A DNA stretch of 64,000 nt from an uncultured Pelagibacteraceae bacterium (GCA_902633595.1 CACPGV010000001.1:6977-70976); one strand, 5' to 3'. Positions 52,806 through 63,999 are shown, counted from the first letter of the stretch. The notes: generated by a model from the sequence alone, not told the origin. Program-made: numbers and translations.

Positions 52806-53328
52806 ATGAGCAAAGAAGAAAAAAAAGTAAACAGAAGAGATTTTTTATTTACAGCTAGCTACACCATCGGAGCCGTTGGCGTAGGAGCAGTTATTTGGCC
52901 AATGATTGACCAAATGAATCCAGACAAAGCACAACAAGCATTAGCAACCACAGAAGTTGATATTAGCCAAGTGGAACCTGGAAAATCAATTACTGTTTTA
53001 TGGAGAGGGAAACCAATTTTTGTAAAGAGAAGAACACCTGGGGAAATACAAGAGGCTAGAGCAGTAAACCTGGACGATTTGCCCGATCCTCAAAATGATG
53101 AAGAGAGAGTAAAAGAGGGTAAAGATGAATGGTTAGTTATGTTAGGTGTCTGTACTCATCTAGGATGTGTCCCTTTAAAAGATAAAGGTGATTACAACGG
53201 ATGGTTCTGCCCGTGCCACGGTTCTCATTACGATGTATCTGGTAGGGTTAGAAAAGGTCCTGCTCCTACTAACATGGAAATACCTAAATTTGAATTTTTT
53301 AGATAACAACACTATTAAAATTGGATAA
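52806..53328 (+). CDS. petA: Rieske Fe-S subunit of cytochrome bc1 (apparent +1 frameshift in T6 at 53295-53300)
   Basis: Tat motif RRDFL, CTHLGC, CPCHGS; removing one T gives ...FEFLDNNTIKIG* ending at 53328. Confidence 0.95.
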
Positions 53329-53340
53329 ATAAAAATAATT

Positions 53341-54600
53341 ATGAGTGATCAGGAATACATACCTAAGTCAAAAGCTGCAAAATGGTTTAATGATCGTTTA
53401 CCTTTATTAACTTTAGGCGCACATTTAACTGATTACCCAACTCCAAAAAATTTAAATTATTGGTGGACTTTCGGTGGTATTCTGACTTTTTGTTTAATAA
53501 CACAGATTGTTACAGGAATAGTTCTTGCAATGCATTATGTTGCACATGCAGACTTAGCATTCGGCAGTGTTGAACATATTATGAGAAACGTTAATTATGG
53601 ATGGTTAATTAGATATATCCATAGTAATGGAGCATCTATGTTTTTCCTTGCAGTCTACATACATATATTTAGATCTCTATTCTATGGTTCATATAAGTCA
53701 CCAAGAGAAATAATTTGGATATTGGGACTAATGATCTACTTACTCATGATGGCAGCTGCTTTCCTAGGTTATGTCTTACCATGGGGACAAATGAGTTTTT
53801 GGGGGGCAACAGTAATAACTAATTTATTTAGCGCTATACCGCTAGTTGGAGAGAGTATTACTACGTGGTTGTGGGGCGCGTATTCAGTCGACAATCCTAC
53901 TTTGAATAGATTTTTTAGCTTGCACTATTTATTTCCTTTTTTAATTTTAGGGTTAGTTGTTTTGCATATCTGGGCTTTGCATATTCCAGGTAATAACAAT
54001 CCAGTTGGTATCGATATAAAGAAACCTTCAAAAGATACTGTCCCATTCCATCCATATATAACTATTAAAGACGCTTTTGCATTATTAGTGTTCATGATTA
54101 TATTCGCTGGATTTGTATTCTTTACACCAAATGTTTTAGGTCATTCAGATAACTACATTCCAGCTAATCCATTAGTAACTCCAGCTCACATAGTGCCCGA
54201 GTGGTATCTATTACCTTTTTATGCAATTTTAAGATCAGTTCCTGATAAGTTAGGTGGAGTAATTTTAATGTTCAGCGCAATATTTATTTTATTTATATTA
54301 CCTTGGTTAGATACTTCTAAAGTAAGGTCTGCTGTGTTCAGACCAATTTATAGACAGTTCTTTTGGATATTAGTTATTGATGTTTTAATGTTAGGTTATG
54401 TTGGCGCCATGCCAGCTGAAGGAGTATATTTAGTTTTAGCTAGAGTAGGTACAATATATTATTTCTTACATTTTATTGTAGTTTTACCAGTTGTTGGACT
54501 TCTTGAAAAAACCGATCCTATTCCAATGAGTATATCTGAGCCTGTTATGACTGGGGGAGCAGAACCGTCTTTAGCACGGAAATTAAATGAAAAAGTTTAA
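53341..54600 (+). CDS. petB: Cytochrome b
   Basis: HSNGAS, LPWGQMS.WGA, PEWY. Confidence 0.98.
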   Translation: MSDQEYIPKSKAAKWFNDRLPLLTLGAHLTDYPTPKNLNYWWTFGGILTFCLITQIVTGIVLAMHYVAHADLAFGSVEHIMRNVNYGWLIRYIHSNGASMFFLAVYIHIFRSLFYGSYKSPREIIWILGLMIYLLMMAAAFLGYVLPWGQMSFWGATVITNLFSAIPLVGESITTWLWGAYSVDNPTLNRFFSLHYLFPFLILGLVVLHIWALHIPGNNNPVGIDIKKPSKDTVPFHPYITIKDAFALLVFMIIFAGFVFFTPNVLGHSDNYIPANPLVTPAHIVPEWYLLPFYAILRSVPDKLGGVILMFSAIFILFILPWLDTSKVRSAVFRPIYRQFFWILVIDVLMLGYVGAMPAEGVYLVLARVGTIYYFLHFIVVLPVVGLLEKTDPIPMSISEPVMTGGAEPSLARKLNEKV

Positions 54601-55369
54601 TTTAAGTATAAACAAAATAATCATAGTACTATTCTTATCAATTAAACCTTTATACAGCGCTGAAATGACCGATCCAATCAAAGTGGATTGGAGTTTCAAG
54701 GGTTTAACAGGAACTTTTGATAGAGCATCATTACAAAGAGGTTTTCAAGTTTATAAAGAAGTTTGTTCGTCATGTCATTCTATGCAATATCTTAGCTATA
54801 GAAATCTTGGAGAGTCTGGTGGTCCGGAATTTTCAGAGGCAGAGGTAAAAGCTATCGCAGCAAGCTTCGAGGTTACTGATGGACCAGATAGTCAAGGTGA
54901 AATGTTTACTAGACCTGGTAGACCATCTGATACGTTTGTAAGTCCTCATCCCAACAAGGAGGCTGCAGCAGCAGCAAATGGAGGTGCATATCCTCCAGAT
55001 ATGTCTGTTCTAGTTAAAGCAAGAAAAGGAGGAGCAAATTATATTTACTCTGTTTTAGTAGGTTACGAGGACCCGCCGCCAGGAGTAACTTTAGATCAAG
55101 GGGTATATTATAATAAGTACATGATAGGAAATAAAATTAAAATGCCAAATAACCTTGAGGATGGATTGATAGAATATGCAGACGGTACAGTTTCTACCGT
55201 GGACCAAATGGCAAAAGATGTAACAACATTTTTAGCATGGGCAGCCGAGCCTGAACTAGAGGAAAGACACAGAACAGGTGTGAAGGTAATTATTTACTTA
55301 TTACTTTTGACCACTCTTGTTTATTTGAGCATGAAGAAGATTTGGTCAAGGATTGACACGGAAGTATAA
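54587..55369 (+). CDS. petC: Cytochrome c1
   Basis: QRGFQVY.EVCSSCH, PPD.S, C-terminal TM. Confidence 0.97.
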   Translation: MKKFNLSINKIIIVLFLSIKPLYSAEMTDPIKVDWSFKGLTGTFDRASLQRGFQVYKEVCSSCHSMQYLSYRNLGESGGPEFSEAEVKAIAASFEVTDGPDSQGEMFTRPGRPSDTFVSPHPNKEAAAAANGGAYPPDMSVLVKARKGGANYIYSVLVGYEDPPPGVTLDQGVYYNKYMIGNKIKMPNNLEDGLIEYADGTVSTVDQMAKDVTTFLAWAAEPELEERHRTGVKVIIYLLLLTTLVYLSMKKIWSRIDTEV

Positions 55370-56416
55370 AACGTCTCCATCTTTTACAATATAGTCTTTA
55401 CCTTCTATTCTTAATTTACCATTCTCTTTACATTTTTCAGCGCTACCGTATTTAATAAAATCTTCACAAGTTACTGTTTCAGCTCTAATAAAATTCTTTT
55501 CAAAGTCAGTATGTATGACACTCGCAGCTTTAGGTGCAGGAGTATTTTTTTTCACTGTCCATGCTCTGCTTTCTTCAGGACCAGAAGTAAAAAAAGTATC
55601 TAGGTTTAAAAGTTCATATCCTTCTTTAATTAATTGATTGAGCCCAGTTTTGTTAAGACCTATTTCCTTCATAAAAGTCTCTCTTTCGTCGTTATCTAGA
55701 CCCATTATTTGATCCTCAATATCTGCACAAATTGTGACTACTTTTTCTTTTGAGTAATTTTTTTTTACATTTTCAGTAAAAGGATTGCCTTTCGCTAGAC
55801 TTTCTTCATCAACATTGCATACTATAATTTTAGGTTTAATACTCAACAGACCTAAAGTAGTTAGAAATTTTGCTTCATCTTTATCTTTGGTGACTACTTC
55901 TTTGCCCTCATTTAACTGTTTTAATTTGTCTTCAAGTATTTTTATTTCCTTTTCATCAAGTAATTTTTTTTTACCCTTTTCCAATTTTTTTTGAATAATA
56001 TCTAAATCTGAAAGGATTATCTCTGTTTTTATAGTTTCAAGATCATCCACCGGATTAATTTTTGAATTTACATGGGTAATCTTATCTGACTCAAAACACC
56101 TCACTAAATGAATTATTGCATCAACTTCTCTTATATGTGAAAGAAATTTATTGCCTAAACCTTCACCTTTTGAAGCTCCTTTAACTAAGCCTGCAATATC
56201 TACGAATGTTATATTTGTATAAATTTTCTTTTTAGAATTAGATAATTTAGTTAATTGATCAAGTCTTTCATCAACCACATCAACAATTCCAATATTTGGA
56301 TCTATAGTACAAAAAGGAAAGTTTGCTGCTTCTGCATTTTTCGAGGCTGTTAATGCATTAAATAAAGTAGACTTCCCAACATTTGGAAGTCCAACTATTC
56401 CACATTTAAATCCCAT
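55346..56416 (-). CDS. ychF: Redox-regulated ATPase YchF
   Basis: [30 protein letters not shown]...DGD. Confidence 0.97.
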   Translation of the reverse strand: MGFKCGIVGLPNVGKSTLFNALTASKNAEAANFPFCTIDPNIGIVDVVDERLDQLTKLSNSKKKIYTNITFVDIAGLVKGASKGEGLGNKFLSHIREVDAIIHLVRCFESDKITHVNSKINPVDDLETIKTEIILSDLDIIQKKLEKGKKKLLDEKEIKILEDKLKQLNEGKEVVTKDKDEAKFLTTLGLLSIKPKIIVCNVDEESLAKGNPFTENVKKNYSKEKVVTICADIEDQIMGLDNDERETFMKEIGLNKTGLNQLIKEGYELLNLDTFFTSGPEESRAWTVKKNTPAPKAASVIHTDFEKNFIRAETVTCEDFIKYGSAEKCKENGKLRIEGKDYIVKDGDVLYFRVNP

Positions 56417-56978
56417 TAAGGTCTTGATTGACTTTGCTTGAGAAGAGATCTATTTTTTTTTCAATTAGGGTAGGTAATTGTTTTACAATATTACCTGTAA
56501 TATCGTTAATTTTTTCTTCTTCATCCTCTTTAAAATCTTCCAACACATGATTGTTTACTTTCCTTTTTTGCTTTGGGTGACCTATACCTATTCGCACTCG
56601 TGAATAATCTTTACCAATAAATTTGTCTATAGACTCAATTCCATTATGACCCGCACTACTACCCCCAAATTTAGCCTTTATCTTTCCAAAATCAATATCC
56701 ATATCATCATGAAAAACAAAAACATTTTTTGCATCAATCTTAAAGTAATCAATTATCTCTTTGATAGCCGTTCCGGAGTTATTCATAAAAGTTAAAGGCT
56801 TAATTGCATAGATTTTTTTTTCATCAATATTTCCAGTGGTAAGTAAACCTTTAAATTTTGGTTTCTGTTTAGAAAGTTTAAAGTGAGAGTTTATAGCATC
56901 GATAATTTTAAAACCAATATTGTGTCTGGTATTAGTATAGTTGGACCCAGGATTGCCCAATCCGACAAGTAAAAGCAT
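56406..56978 (-). CDS. pth: Peptidyl-tRNA hydrolase
   Basis: GLGNPG, TRHNIGF, FMN.SG, HDD, GHNG. Confidence 0.97.
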   Translation of the reverse strand: MLLLVGLGNPGSNYTNTRHNIGFKIIDAINSHFKLSKQKPKFKGLLTTGNIDEKKIYAIKPLTFMNNSGTAIKEIIDYFKIDAKNVFVFHDDMDIDFGKIKAKFGGSSAGHNGIESIDKFIGKDYSRVRIGIGHPKQKRKVNNHVLEDFKEDEEEKINDITGNIVKQLPTLIEKKIDLFSSKVNQDLNGI

Positions 56979-56983
56979 GTTAA

Positions 56984-57736
56984 TTATTTTTTCTCAGCAG
57001 GTTTTTTTTCAGCAGGTTTTTTTTCGTCTGGTTTTTTATCAGTAACTTCTTTAGCTTTATCATCTTTCTTAGCTCCATCTCCATCTTTAGCTGCTGCTTC
57101 AGTTCCCTCTGCTGGAGTTTCCCCTTCAGCACCTTCAGCCGCCTCTTCACCTTCAGCTGGTTTCTCTGGCTCCTTCATAACTGTTGGAGAAGCAACTGTT
57201 GCTATAACGAAATCACGGTCTGTTATAGTTGGGATAACATTTTCTGGTAATTTAACTGATGAAATTTTAATACTTGTACCGATATCAGATCCAGATAAAT
57301 CAATAATTATTTCGTCCGGTATATTTTCAGCAGGACATTTTAATTCAACTTTTCTTCTTACAATATTTAATACTCCACCTCTTTTTAATCCAGGTGAGTC
57401 TGGATGATTAATAAATTTAACTGGGATTTCTAGAATAATTTTTTTACCAGAAACTATTCTCATGAAGTCTATATGAATAGGTTCCTCTGAAACAACATTG
57501 AACGCTACGTCTCTTGGTATCACTCTTTCTTTTTTTCCATCAATATCTAACTCTAAAACTTTTGATAAAAATGTATCTGAATGAATTAAATTTTTAATAT
57601 CTTTTTTTTCTATTGAAATGTTTTTATTAGCTTCTTTTCCGCCATACAAAATAGCAGGTATCAAACCTCCTGATCTTAACTTATTGTTTGATCCTGATGA
57701 GGTGTTTTCTCTTTTTATTGCCTTTAAATAACTCAT
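56984..57736 (-). CDS. rplY: 50S ribosomal protein L25/Ctc with long charged tail
   Basis: R..G.IPA.LYG, HIDF.R, SPGLKRGG. Confidence 0.95.
   Translation of the reverse strand: MSYLKAIKRENTSSGSNNKLRSGGLIPAILYGGKEANKNISIEKKDIKNLIHSDTFLSKVLELDIDGKKERVIPRDVAFNVVSEEPIHIDFMRIVSGKKIILEIPVKFINHPDSPGLKRGGVLNIVRRKVELKCPAENIPDEIIIDLSGSDIGTSIKISSVKLPENVIPTITDRDFVIATVASPTVMKEPEKPAEGEEAAEGAEGETPAEGTEAAAKDGDGAKKDDKAKEVTDKKPDEKKPAEKKPAEKK
56987..57040. repeat. 15-bp imperfect tandem repeat encoding KKP(A/D)E units of the L25 tail
   Basis: TTTTTTCTCAGCAGG / TTTTTTTTCAGCAGG / TTTTTTTTCGTCTGG. Confidence 0.8.
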
Positions 57737-57785
57737 AAATTAATTGAAAAGGGTATATAACCCAAGATGATTATCAAAACAAGAG

Positions 57786-58718
57786 TTAATTAAATAAATC
57801 AGATACTGAATTTGAATTTGCTATTCTTTTTATAGCCTCTGCCATTAATGAAGATATGGACAATACCTCGATTTTATTGTTATTTTTTATTTTTTTTGAG
57901 TTATCAATTGTATCAGTAATAATAAGTTTCTTTATTTTAGAATTTTTAATTTTATCAACTGCTGTACCACTTAGGACTGCGTGAGTAATAAAAACATATA
58001 CATCTATTGCACCTGCTTTTTTTAAAGCCTCAACAGCATTTACAATTGTACCGCCACTATCAATAATATCGTCTACAATGATACAAGTTTTACCCTTAAC
58101 ATTTCCAATAATATTCATTACCTTTGACTGACCAGCCCTTGGTCTTCTTTTATCTATAATCGCTAAATCTGCTTTAATTCTTGTAGCAAGACCTCTTGTT
58201 CTTTGAACACCCCCAACATCTGGAGAGACACAAATCAATTTTTTACTTTTCAATTTTTTTTTAATATATTTTGCAAAAAGGGGGGTAGTAAATAAATTGT
58301 CTACCGGCATATCAAAGAAACCTTGAATTTGACCAGCATGTAAATCTACCGTTACAACTCTACTAGCGCCCGCGTTAGTTAATAGATTTGCGACAACCTT
58401 TGCGGAAATTGATGTTCTTGGGGCAACTTTTCTATCTTGTCTTGCGTAGCCATAATATGGAATTACAGCTGTAATATTTTTAGCCGATGATCTTTTTAAA
58501 GCATCAATAACTAACAAAAGTTCCATCAAATTATCATTAGCAGGATTCGAAGTTGATTGAACAACAAAAACACTATTGCCTCTAATATTTTCGTTTATTT
58601 CAATATAAATTTCTCCATCGGAAAATCTTTTTATATTTGTATTAACGAGTTTAAGCTTTAATTGCTTGGAAATATCCTTACTTAGTTTTTGATTACTAGT
58701 TCCAGATAAAATTTTCAT
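57786..58718 (-). CDS. prs: Ribose-phosphate pyrophosphokinase
   Basis: FSDGE, YARQDR, DLH..QIQGFF, SPD.GG, VDDIIDSGGT. Confidence 0.98.
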   Translation of the reverse strand: MKILSGTSNQKLSKDISKQLKLKLVNTNIKRFSDGEIYIEINENIRGNSVFVVQSTSNPANDNLMELLLVIDALKRSSAKNITAVIPYYGYARQDRKVAPRTSISAKVVANLLTNAGASRVVTVDLHAGQIQGFFDMPVDNLFTTPLFAKYIKKKLKSKKLICVSPDVGGVQRTRGLATRIKADLAIIDKRRPRAGQSKVMNIIGNVKGKTCIIVDDIIDSGGTIVNAVEALKKAGAIDVYVFITHAVLSGTAVDKIKNSKIKKLIITDTIDNSKKIKNNNKIEVLSISSLMAEAIKRIANSNSVSDLFN

Positions 58719-58730
58719 GAAATGTAACTA

Positions 58731-58758
58731 CTTATACCTTATTTCTATATCTTTTCAA
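58731..58758 (-). promoter_or_regulatory. Possible sigma70 promoter of prs
   Basis: Minus strand TTGAAA-N16-TATAAG, 12 nt before the ATG. Confidence 0.4.
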
Positions 58759-58759
58759 A

Positions 58760-59520
58760 TTAATTAAGTTCAGGCATACAAATCGAAGATATACATCTAC
58801 CATAATCCTTTTGCTTCAATTTACATGATCTTCTATAACTAAAAAAATTACTTTTTTCAGCAAAAGTATCTCGATCTACTTGGTCTACTTTAATATTAGC
58901 TTTTACAAGTTTATTAGTAACAAATTTTCTTAAATTAAATAACTTTTTCGTTTTATTTATATTTGAAAAGTAAATTTTATTATTTTTAGATTTAATCATA
59001 AACATTTTGTAAAAATTTTTATCTACCTCATAACTTTTCCTACCAATGCATGGTCCAATACATGCATAAATTTTATTATCAGAACTTATTTTTTTCATTT
59101 TAGAAATAGTATTGCTAATTATACCCTTGAAGGCACCTTTCCAACCAGCGTGAATACAGCCTGCGATTTCATTTTTAGCGTCATAAAGAATAATTGGCAC
59201 GCAATCTGCTGTTACAACCCCAAGAGCAAAACCTTTCATTTTTGTAATCATCGCGTCCGCAATAATTTTTTTTTTATAATTATTTTTTTAATTTCTACTA
59301 CTTTGTTGCTATGGGTTTGATGCATTAATATTAATTTATCTCTATTAACATCCATTTTTTTTGCAACAAAACTCAAGTTTTTCTCCACATTTCCTTTTTT
59401 ATCTTTAGATCCTTTTCCGCAATTTAATGCTCTGTAAATACCTTTTGAAAATCCATTCTTTCTAGAGAAGAAACAATGTTTTATATGTTTTAATTTTTTG
59501 AGTTTTTTTGAATAAAACAT
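58760..59520 (-). pseudogene. pgeF: PgeF/YfiH peptidoglycan editing factor, split by a 1-nt homopolymer frameshift (possibly artefact)
   Basis: N-half FFSR..G.S, LN, Q.HS; C-half TADCVP, HAGWKG, GPCI...YEV, FFSYRR; adding one A rejoins as EIKKNNYKKKIIADAMIT. Confidence 0.85.
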
Positions 59521-60581
59521 TACTTAAATCCAGCAAAATTATTTTTATTAAATTTATAGGCCAAGATAACTTTAAATAAATCTCCCATATATTTGGGTCC
59601 TAATAACCTATTAAGCCTTAAATAAAGATCAGATTGTTCTCTAAATTTCATCGTTTTTGAAATCACCTGAGCTCTTTCAAGAATACCCATTTTTGCCAAA
59701 AATTGTTTTTGTGTAATTACATTTTTAACATTTAAACCATCTTTCTTAAAAAATTCTCCAAGAAGTGCAAAGTTAACATGAGCGGTAATATCTGCTTTAC
59801 CCAAGTTATGAAGTAAATTATTTCTTTTATGCTTCATCACCGATTGTAAAGTATTTTGATTACTAGGTTTTACATATCCATAATCAACCATTAAAATACA
59901 TCCACCTAATTTTAAAATTTTTTTATTTATTTTTTTAAGTTCTTGGAGGCCAAATTGAGGAAATTCAATAAATTTTAGATTTTTTAAAGATTTATAAGAT
60001 TTGATAATTTTAACACTCATTTGTGATGCTTTAACAAATATTTCTCTAATCTTTTTATCCTTATCTAGTACATAGCTTTTCTCAAAAAAATTATTTTTTA
60101 TCTTTTTAAATTGTTTAATTGGTATAGCGTCAAAAAATTCATTCCCAAAAAAAATTACTGGTCCTTTCTTAATTTCATCAAAATTATTAATCCATTTAAC
60201 ATCTTTATTTAATTTTTTTTTTTGTACCTTCCTTAAGAAATTACTTTTTTCCAATAAAAATAAATTTTTAATTGAATTAAATTCAGGAAATTTTTTAAAG
60301 GATTTTAAGAGGATACTTGCTAAACTACCATCACCTGGACCTAGTTCTACAATATTAAAATTTTTTGGTTTTCCAAATGTCTCCCAAGAAGCCACAATCC
60401 AAATTGCAATTATTTCTGAAAAAATATTTGAAATTTTTGGCGCGGTTATAAAATCTCCATTCTTTCCAAAAGGCATTTGTGAAGCGTAGTAGCCAAATTT
60501 TTTATCATAAAGAACGTTCCTAAAAAATTGATCAGCAGGTAAAATTCTTGATTTTTTAAAAAATATTTGATTAGAATTCAT
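59520..60581 (-). CDS. SAM-dependent methyltransferase MidA/NDUFAF7 family
   Basis: GYY, GDFITAP.IS, VELGPG.G, NEFFDA.P, DYG, DITAHVNF. Confidence 0.92.
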   Translation of the reverse strand: MNSNQIFFKKSRILPADQFFRNVLYDKKFGYYASQMPFGKNGDFITAPKISNIFSEIIAIWIVASWETFGKPKNFNIVELGPGDGSLASILLKSFKKFPEFNSIKNLFLLEKSNFLRKVQKKKLNKDVKWINNFDEIKKGPVIFFGNEFFDAIPIKQFKKIKNNFFEKSYVLDKDKKIREIFVKASQMSVKIIKSYKSLKNLKFIEFPQFGLQELKKINKKILKLGGCILMVDYGYVKPSNQNTLQSVMKHKRNNLLHNLGKADITAHVNFALLGEFFKKDGLNVKNVITQKQFLAKMGILERAQVISKTMKFREQSDLYLRLNRLLGPKYMGDLFKVILAYKFNKNNFAGFK

Positions 60582-61365
60582 TTTTTTTTCGTATTATATT
60601 TAAAATCACTACTCCGGCTATAATCATCAAAAAACTTAGAAGGGTTCCCATACTGAACAGGCCAAATAAGTAACCTATTTGTGGATCTGGTTGTCTAAAA
60701 AATTCCGAAATAATTCTAAATATTCCATAATAAATTAAAAACAAATATGAACAAGTTCCTATTTTATATCTTTGTTTAAAGATTAAATTATTTAATATTA
60801 AAAATAATACTAAACCTTCTAGCACAGCTTCATATAATTGAGAGGGGTGTCTAGGTAAATCATCTATGGCTGTAAAAATTACTCCCCAAGATACAGTAGT
60901 CACTTTTCCTACTAGTTCTCCATTGATGAAATTAGCTAACCGCCCTAAAAAAATTCCGATGGGTGAGACACAAGCTATAATATCTAAAAAAAAATAAGTC
61001 GGCACATTTTTTTTTTTAGAAAACAAGTGTGTTCCAACAATTATTCCTAAAAGAGCACCATGAAAAGACATTCCTCCTTCCCAGACTTTTACTATATCAA
61101 AAGGATTAGCGAGGTAGTAACCCAGGTTATAGAATATTACATAACCTAGTCTTCCTCCGATAATTATAGATATAATTAAATAAGTAATTAAATCATCAAA
61201 TTCTTTAATATTAAATTTAAGATTAATATCTTTGATAATGTGATTAATTATTTTTTTCCCTAACCACCATCCTAAAATTATTCCAAAGATGTAAGCCAAT
61301 GAGTACCACCTAATTTCTATGAACCCAAAATCAATTAAAATAGGGTCTAAATTATGGGTATACAT
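60571..61365 (-). CDS. lgt: Prolipoprotein diacylglyceryl transferase
   Basis: RWYSL, GGRLGY, W.GGMSFHG, GRLANF.NGEL, RHPSQLYE. Confidence 0.97.
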   Translation of the reverse strand: MYTHNLDPILIDFGFIEIRWYSLAYIFGIILGWWLGKKIINHIIKDINLKFNIKEFDDLITYLIISIIIGGRLGYVIFYNLGYYLANPFDIVKVWEGGMSFHGALLGIIVGTHLFSKKKNVPTYFFLDIIACVSPIGIFLGRLANFINGELVGKVTTVSWGVIFTAIDDLPRHPSQLYEAVLEGLVLFLILNNLIFKQRYKIGTCSYLFLIYYGIFRIISEFFRQPDPQIGYLFGLFSMGTLLSFLMIIAGVVILNIIRKKNEF

Positions 61366-61416
61366 AATTTCTTATATCATATTTGAAATTAAGATGTTCA
61401 TCAAATAAGATAAGTT

Positions 61417-61662
61417 ATGAAAAATTCTGAAAAAATTTTAAAATCTATATCCAGTTTAATTGAAAATGGTATTTTGACCTCGAAAGATATTAAAAAAGAA
61501 ATATCTACAGATTTAAAATTTAAAAAAGATAAAATTATCAATAAACTTGAGTTAGTTTCTAGAGAAGAGTTCGAGGTCTTAAAAAAAGTTGTTCAAAAAC
61601 AGGATGCTACAATAAAAAAATTAATAAATGATAAAAAAACTAAAAAGGCAAAGAGATCTTAA
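61417..61662 (+). CDS. ubiK: UbiK/BMFP family accessory factor
   Basis: KLELVSREEFEVL plus coiled coil; divergent from lgt. Confidence 0.78.
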   Translation: MKNSEKILKSISSLIENGILTSKDIKKEISTDLKFKKDKIINKLELVSREEFEVLKKVVQKQDATIKKLINDKKTKKAKRS

Positions 61663-62959
61663 CCTGCAAACCATTATACTTGCTTTTACCAAGTTGTATG
61701 TTTCCACCGTGTGAATTTACAATATCCTCAACAATTGCAAGTCCTAAACCAACTCCAGATTGATTCAAGCTCCTACTTTTATCTAGTCTAAAAAAAGGCT
61801 TAAATACATTTTTATATTGGTCTTCAGGTATACCTGGACCATCATCTTCTATAATTACTGTAACTCTTTTATTTCCTTTTTGAATCTTCAAATAGACTTT
61901 ATTTCCATAACTTAAACCATTTTGGATTATATTTTCAAAAGATCTCTTTAATGCAGTCGGTCTGCCTTTCAACTCTACAGTTTCAGCGCTATTGTTAAAA
62001 AATAAGTTATTGTTATTAAAACTATTTTTTATTGAGTTTAAAAGATTATTCAAATCAATTAAGACTGTATCTTCTTGAGTTTGAGTTTTAGCAAATTGAA
62101 GATAATCATTTAGCATTTTTTCCATTTCATCAATGTCTTTAGACATTTTTTCTGAAATTTCTTTTTGTTCAAACATTGCAAGCTGTAATTTCAAGCGAGT
62201 TAATGGTGTTCTTAAATCATGGCTAATACCCGATAGCATTTCTGCTCTTTGATTTAGGTGACGATTAATTCTCTTTGCCATACGATCAAATTCAAATGCT
62301 GCCTTCCTGATTTCTTGTGACCCTGATGCACGAAAGTCATTTACATAATCACCCTTTCCAAATTTTTCTGCTGCTTTTGCAAGTTTAACAAGTGGCTTAG
62401 TTTGATTTTTTAAAAAAATTAAAGCAATAATAATTAAAACTAATGAGGGAAGCGTAGTCCACAAAACGAATAGTCTTATTGATGAGGCCGACACCATTTC
62501 TTTAGGAACCAAAAATTCAATAACATCGTTATTAGAGCGAATTTTTATTTCAACAGCATTTTTAAATTTTGAAGTACTAAACCAATAATTATTATTACCA
62601 AAAGTAGATTTCAATTCTCTCCTTAAAGATCTATCCATAGGACTAAATCTTCTTTCTCCACTATTATTTGGGAACATTTCTTGATTAATACCAATTTCAA
62701 AGTTAAAATTATTTTTGTAACTATCAGTAAAAAAATCTAAATTTGTTTTATCATTTTGATAAACCTCCTCTATTGCTTTTAACTGAGCTACCAATGATCT
62801 GGTAATATTCTTATTAGCTTTTATCCAAATACTATCATAAAAAACTATTGTTATAATAATTTGTAAAATGATTGTTGGGGCCGCGACAATTATTAAAGCT
62901 CTGTAAAAAAGCCTTTTAGGCAAAAGAAATTTAATAAAATTACTCAATCCAGAGAACAT
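61640..62959 (-). CDS. Sensor histidine kinase, EnvZ-like
   Basis: Two TMs, HAMP, SHDLRTPLTR, DDGPGI, G.GLGL. Confidence 0.93.
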   Translation of the reverse strand: MFSGLSNFIKFLLPKRLFYRALIIVAAPTIILQIIITIVFYDSIWIKANKNITRSLVAQLKAIEEVYQNDKTNLDFFTDSYKNNFNFEIGINQEMFPNNSGERRFSPMDRSLRRELKSTFGNNNYWFSTSKFKNAVEIKIRSNNDVIEFLVPKEMVSASSIRLFVLWTTLPSLVLIIIALIFLKNQTKPLVKLAKAAEKFGKGDYVNDFRASGSQEIRKAAFEFDRMAKRINRHLNQRAEMLSGISHDLRTPLTRLKLQLAMFEQKEISEKMSKDIDEMEKMLNDYLQFAKTQTQEDTVLIDLNNLLNSIKNSFNNNNLFFNNSAETVELKGRPTALKRSFENIIQNGLSYGNKVYLKIQKGNKRVTVIIEDDGPGIPEDQYKNVFKPFFRLDKSRSLNQSGVGLGLAIVEDIVNSHGGNIQLGKSKYNGLQVKISLPF

Positions 62960-63617
62960 AACCTGAGCCCCTTACTGTTTGAAGATATTTAGGATTTTTT
63001 GGATTCATTTCTATTTTTTGTCTTAATCTAGTAATCATTACATCAATGGATCTTTCTTGACTTATCCCAGAAATTTTTCCTATTTCTTCTCTAGAATAAA
63101 TTTTTCCCGGATTACTAAGCATCTCGGTGAGTACTTTCTTTTCGGAATTATTAATCTTTTTAGAATTATTATTCAAATATACAATCATTTTATTCAAGTC
63201 AATTTCTGCTGAACCTACCTTATGTTTAGACTTAAAATTGATTTTAATATTTTTGTTAATAATATTTTTAATTCTTAGCAATAATTCTCTTGGCTCAAAA
63301 GGCTTACCAATATAATCGTCAGCTCCTAATTCTAATCCTTTAATTCTATTCTCAACCTCTCCTTTTGCAGTAAGCAAAATTATAGGAACTTTAATTCGAT
63401 TTTTTATTTCTTTTGTTAATTCATATCCATTCTGGCCTGGCATCATTACATCTAAAATAATGATATCAAACTTAATGTATTCTAGTCTTTCTTTTGCTTG
63501 TTCTGCGTTTTCTGCTGTTGAAACAATATAACTATTTTCAGACAAGTAATCTTTTAAAAGATTTCTTATTCTGTCATCGTCATCAACAATAAGAATATGA
63601 TTTTTATTATTTTCCAT
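62940..63617 (-). CDS. OmpR-family response regulator
   Basis: VDDD, LDVMMP, GADDY..KPF, R.IDV.I.RLR.K.E, TVRG.GY. Confidence 0.95.
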   Translation of the reverse strand: MENNKNHILIVDDDDRIRNLLKDYLSENSYIVSTAENAEQAKERLEYIKFDIIILDVMMPGQNGYELTKEIKNRIKVPIILLTAKGEVENRIKGLELGADDYIGKPFEPRELLLRIKNIINKNIKINFKSKHKVGSAEIDLNKMIVYLNNNSKKINNSEKKVLTEMLSNPGKIYSREEIGKISGISQERSIDVMITRLRQKIEMNPKNPKYLQTVRGSGYVLWIE

Positions 63618-63999
63618 CTATTATTTTTTTTAGAACATCTTTAAATTTAATCACCGAGTCTGAATTTGAATTTTTTAATGCATTAAATATTCTTTTCTTT
63701 TGAGTGTTATAAACTGTTTCAAAAAATGTTTTTCCCTCTTTATCTAAAAATAAATTTTTCTTTCTTGTATCTTTTTCGTCTTGAATTTGTTTTATCATCT
63801 TAGATTTAATTAAGTCTCTTAAAACTCTATTTAAACTTTGTTTTGTAACTTTTAGTCTAAAAATTAATTCTCCTAAATTTATACCAGGGTTCCTCTCAAT
63901 TAAATTTAATGCTCTAAGATGAGCCGGCCCAAAAAACTTTTTTGACAGAACTTCTTTCGGGTCAGAAAATGTTTCCCTATAAGCATAATAAAGTAGCTG
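63607..63999 (-). CDS. MarR-family regulator (PetP-like; 5' end beyond window)
   Basis: Open frame QLLYYAYRETFSDP...GPAHLRAL..I...PGI..GEL...L.VTKQSLNRVL..L...DTRKK.L. Confidence 0.85.
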   Translation of the reverse strand, partial: QLLYYAYRETFSDPKEVLSKKFFGPAHLRALNLIERNPGINLGELIFRLKVTKQSLNRVLRDLIKSKMIKQIQDEKDTRKKNLFLDKEGKTFFETVYNTQKKRIFNALKNSNSDSVIKFKDVLKKIIDGK

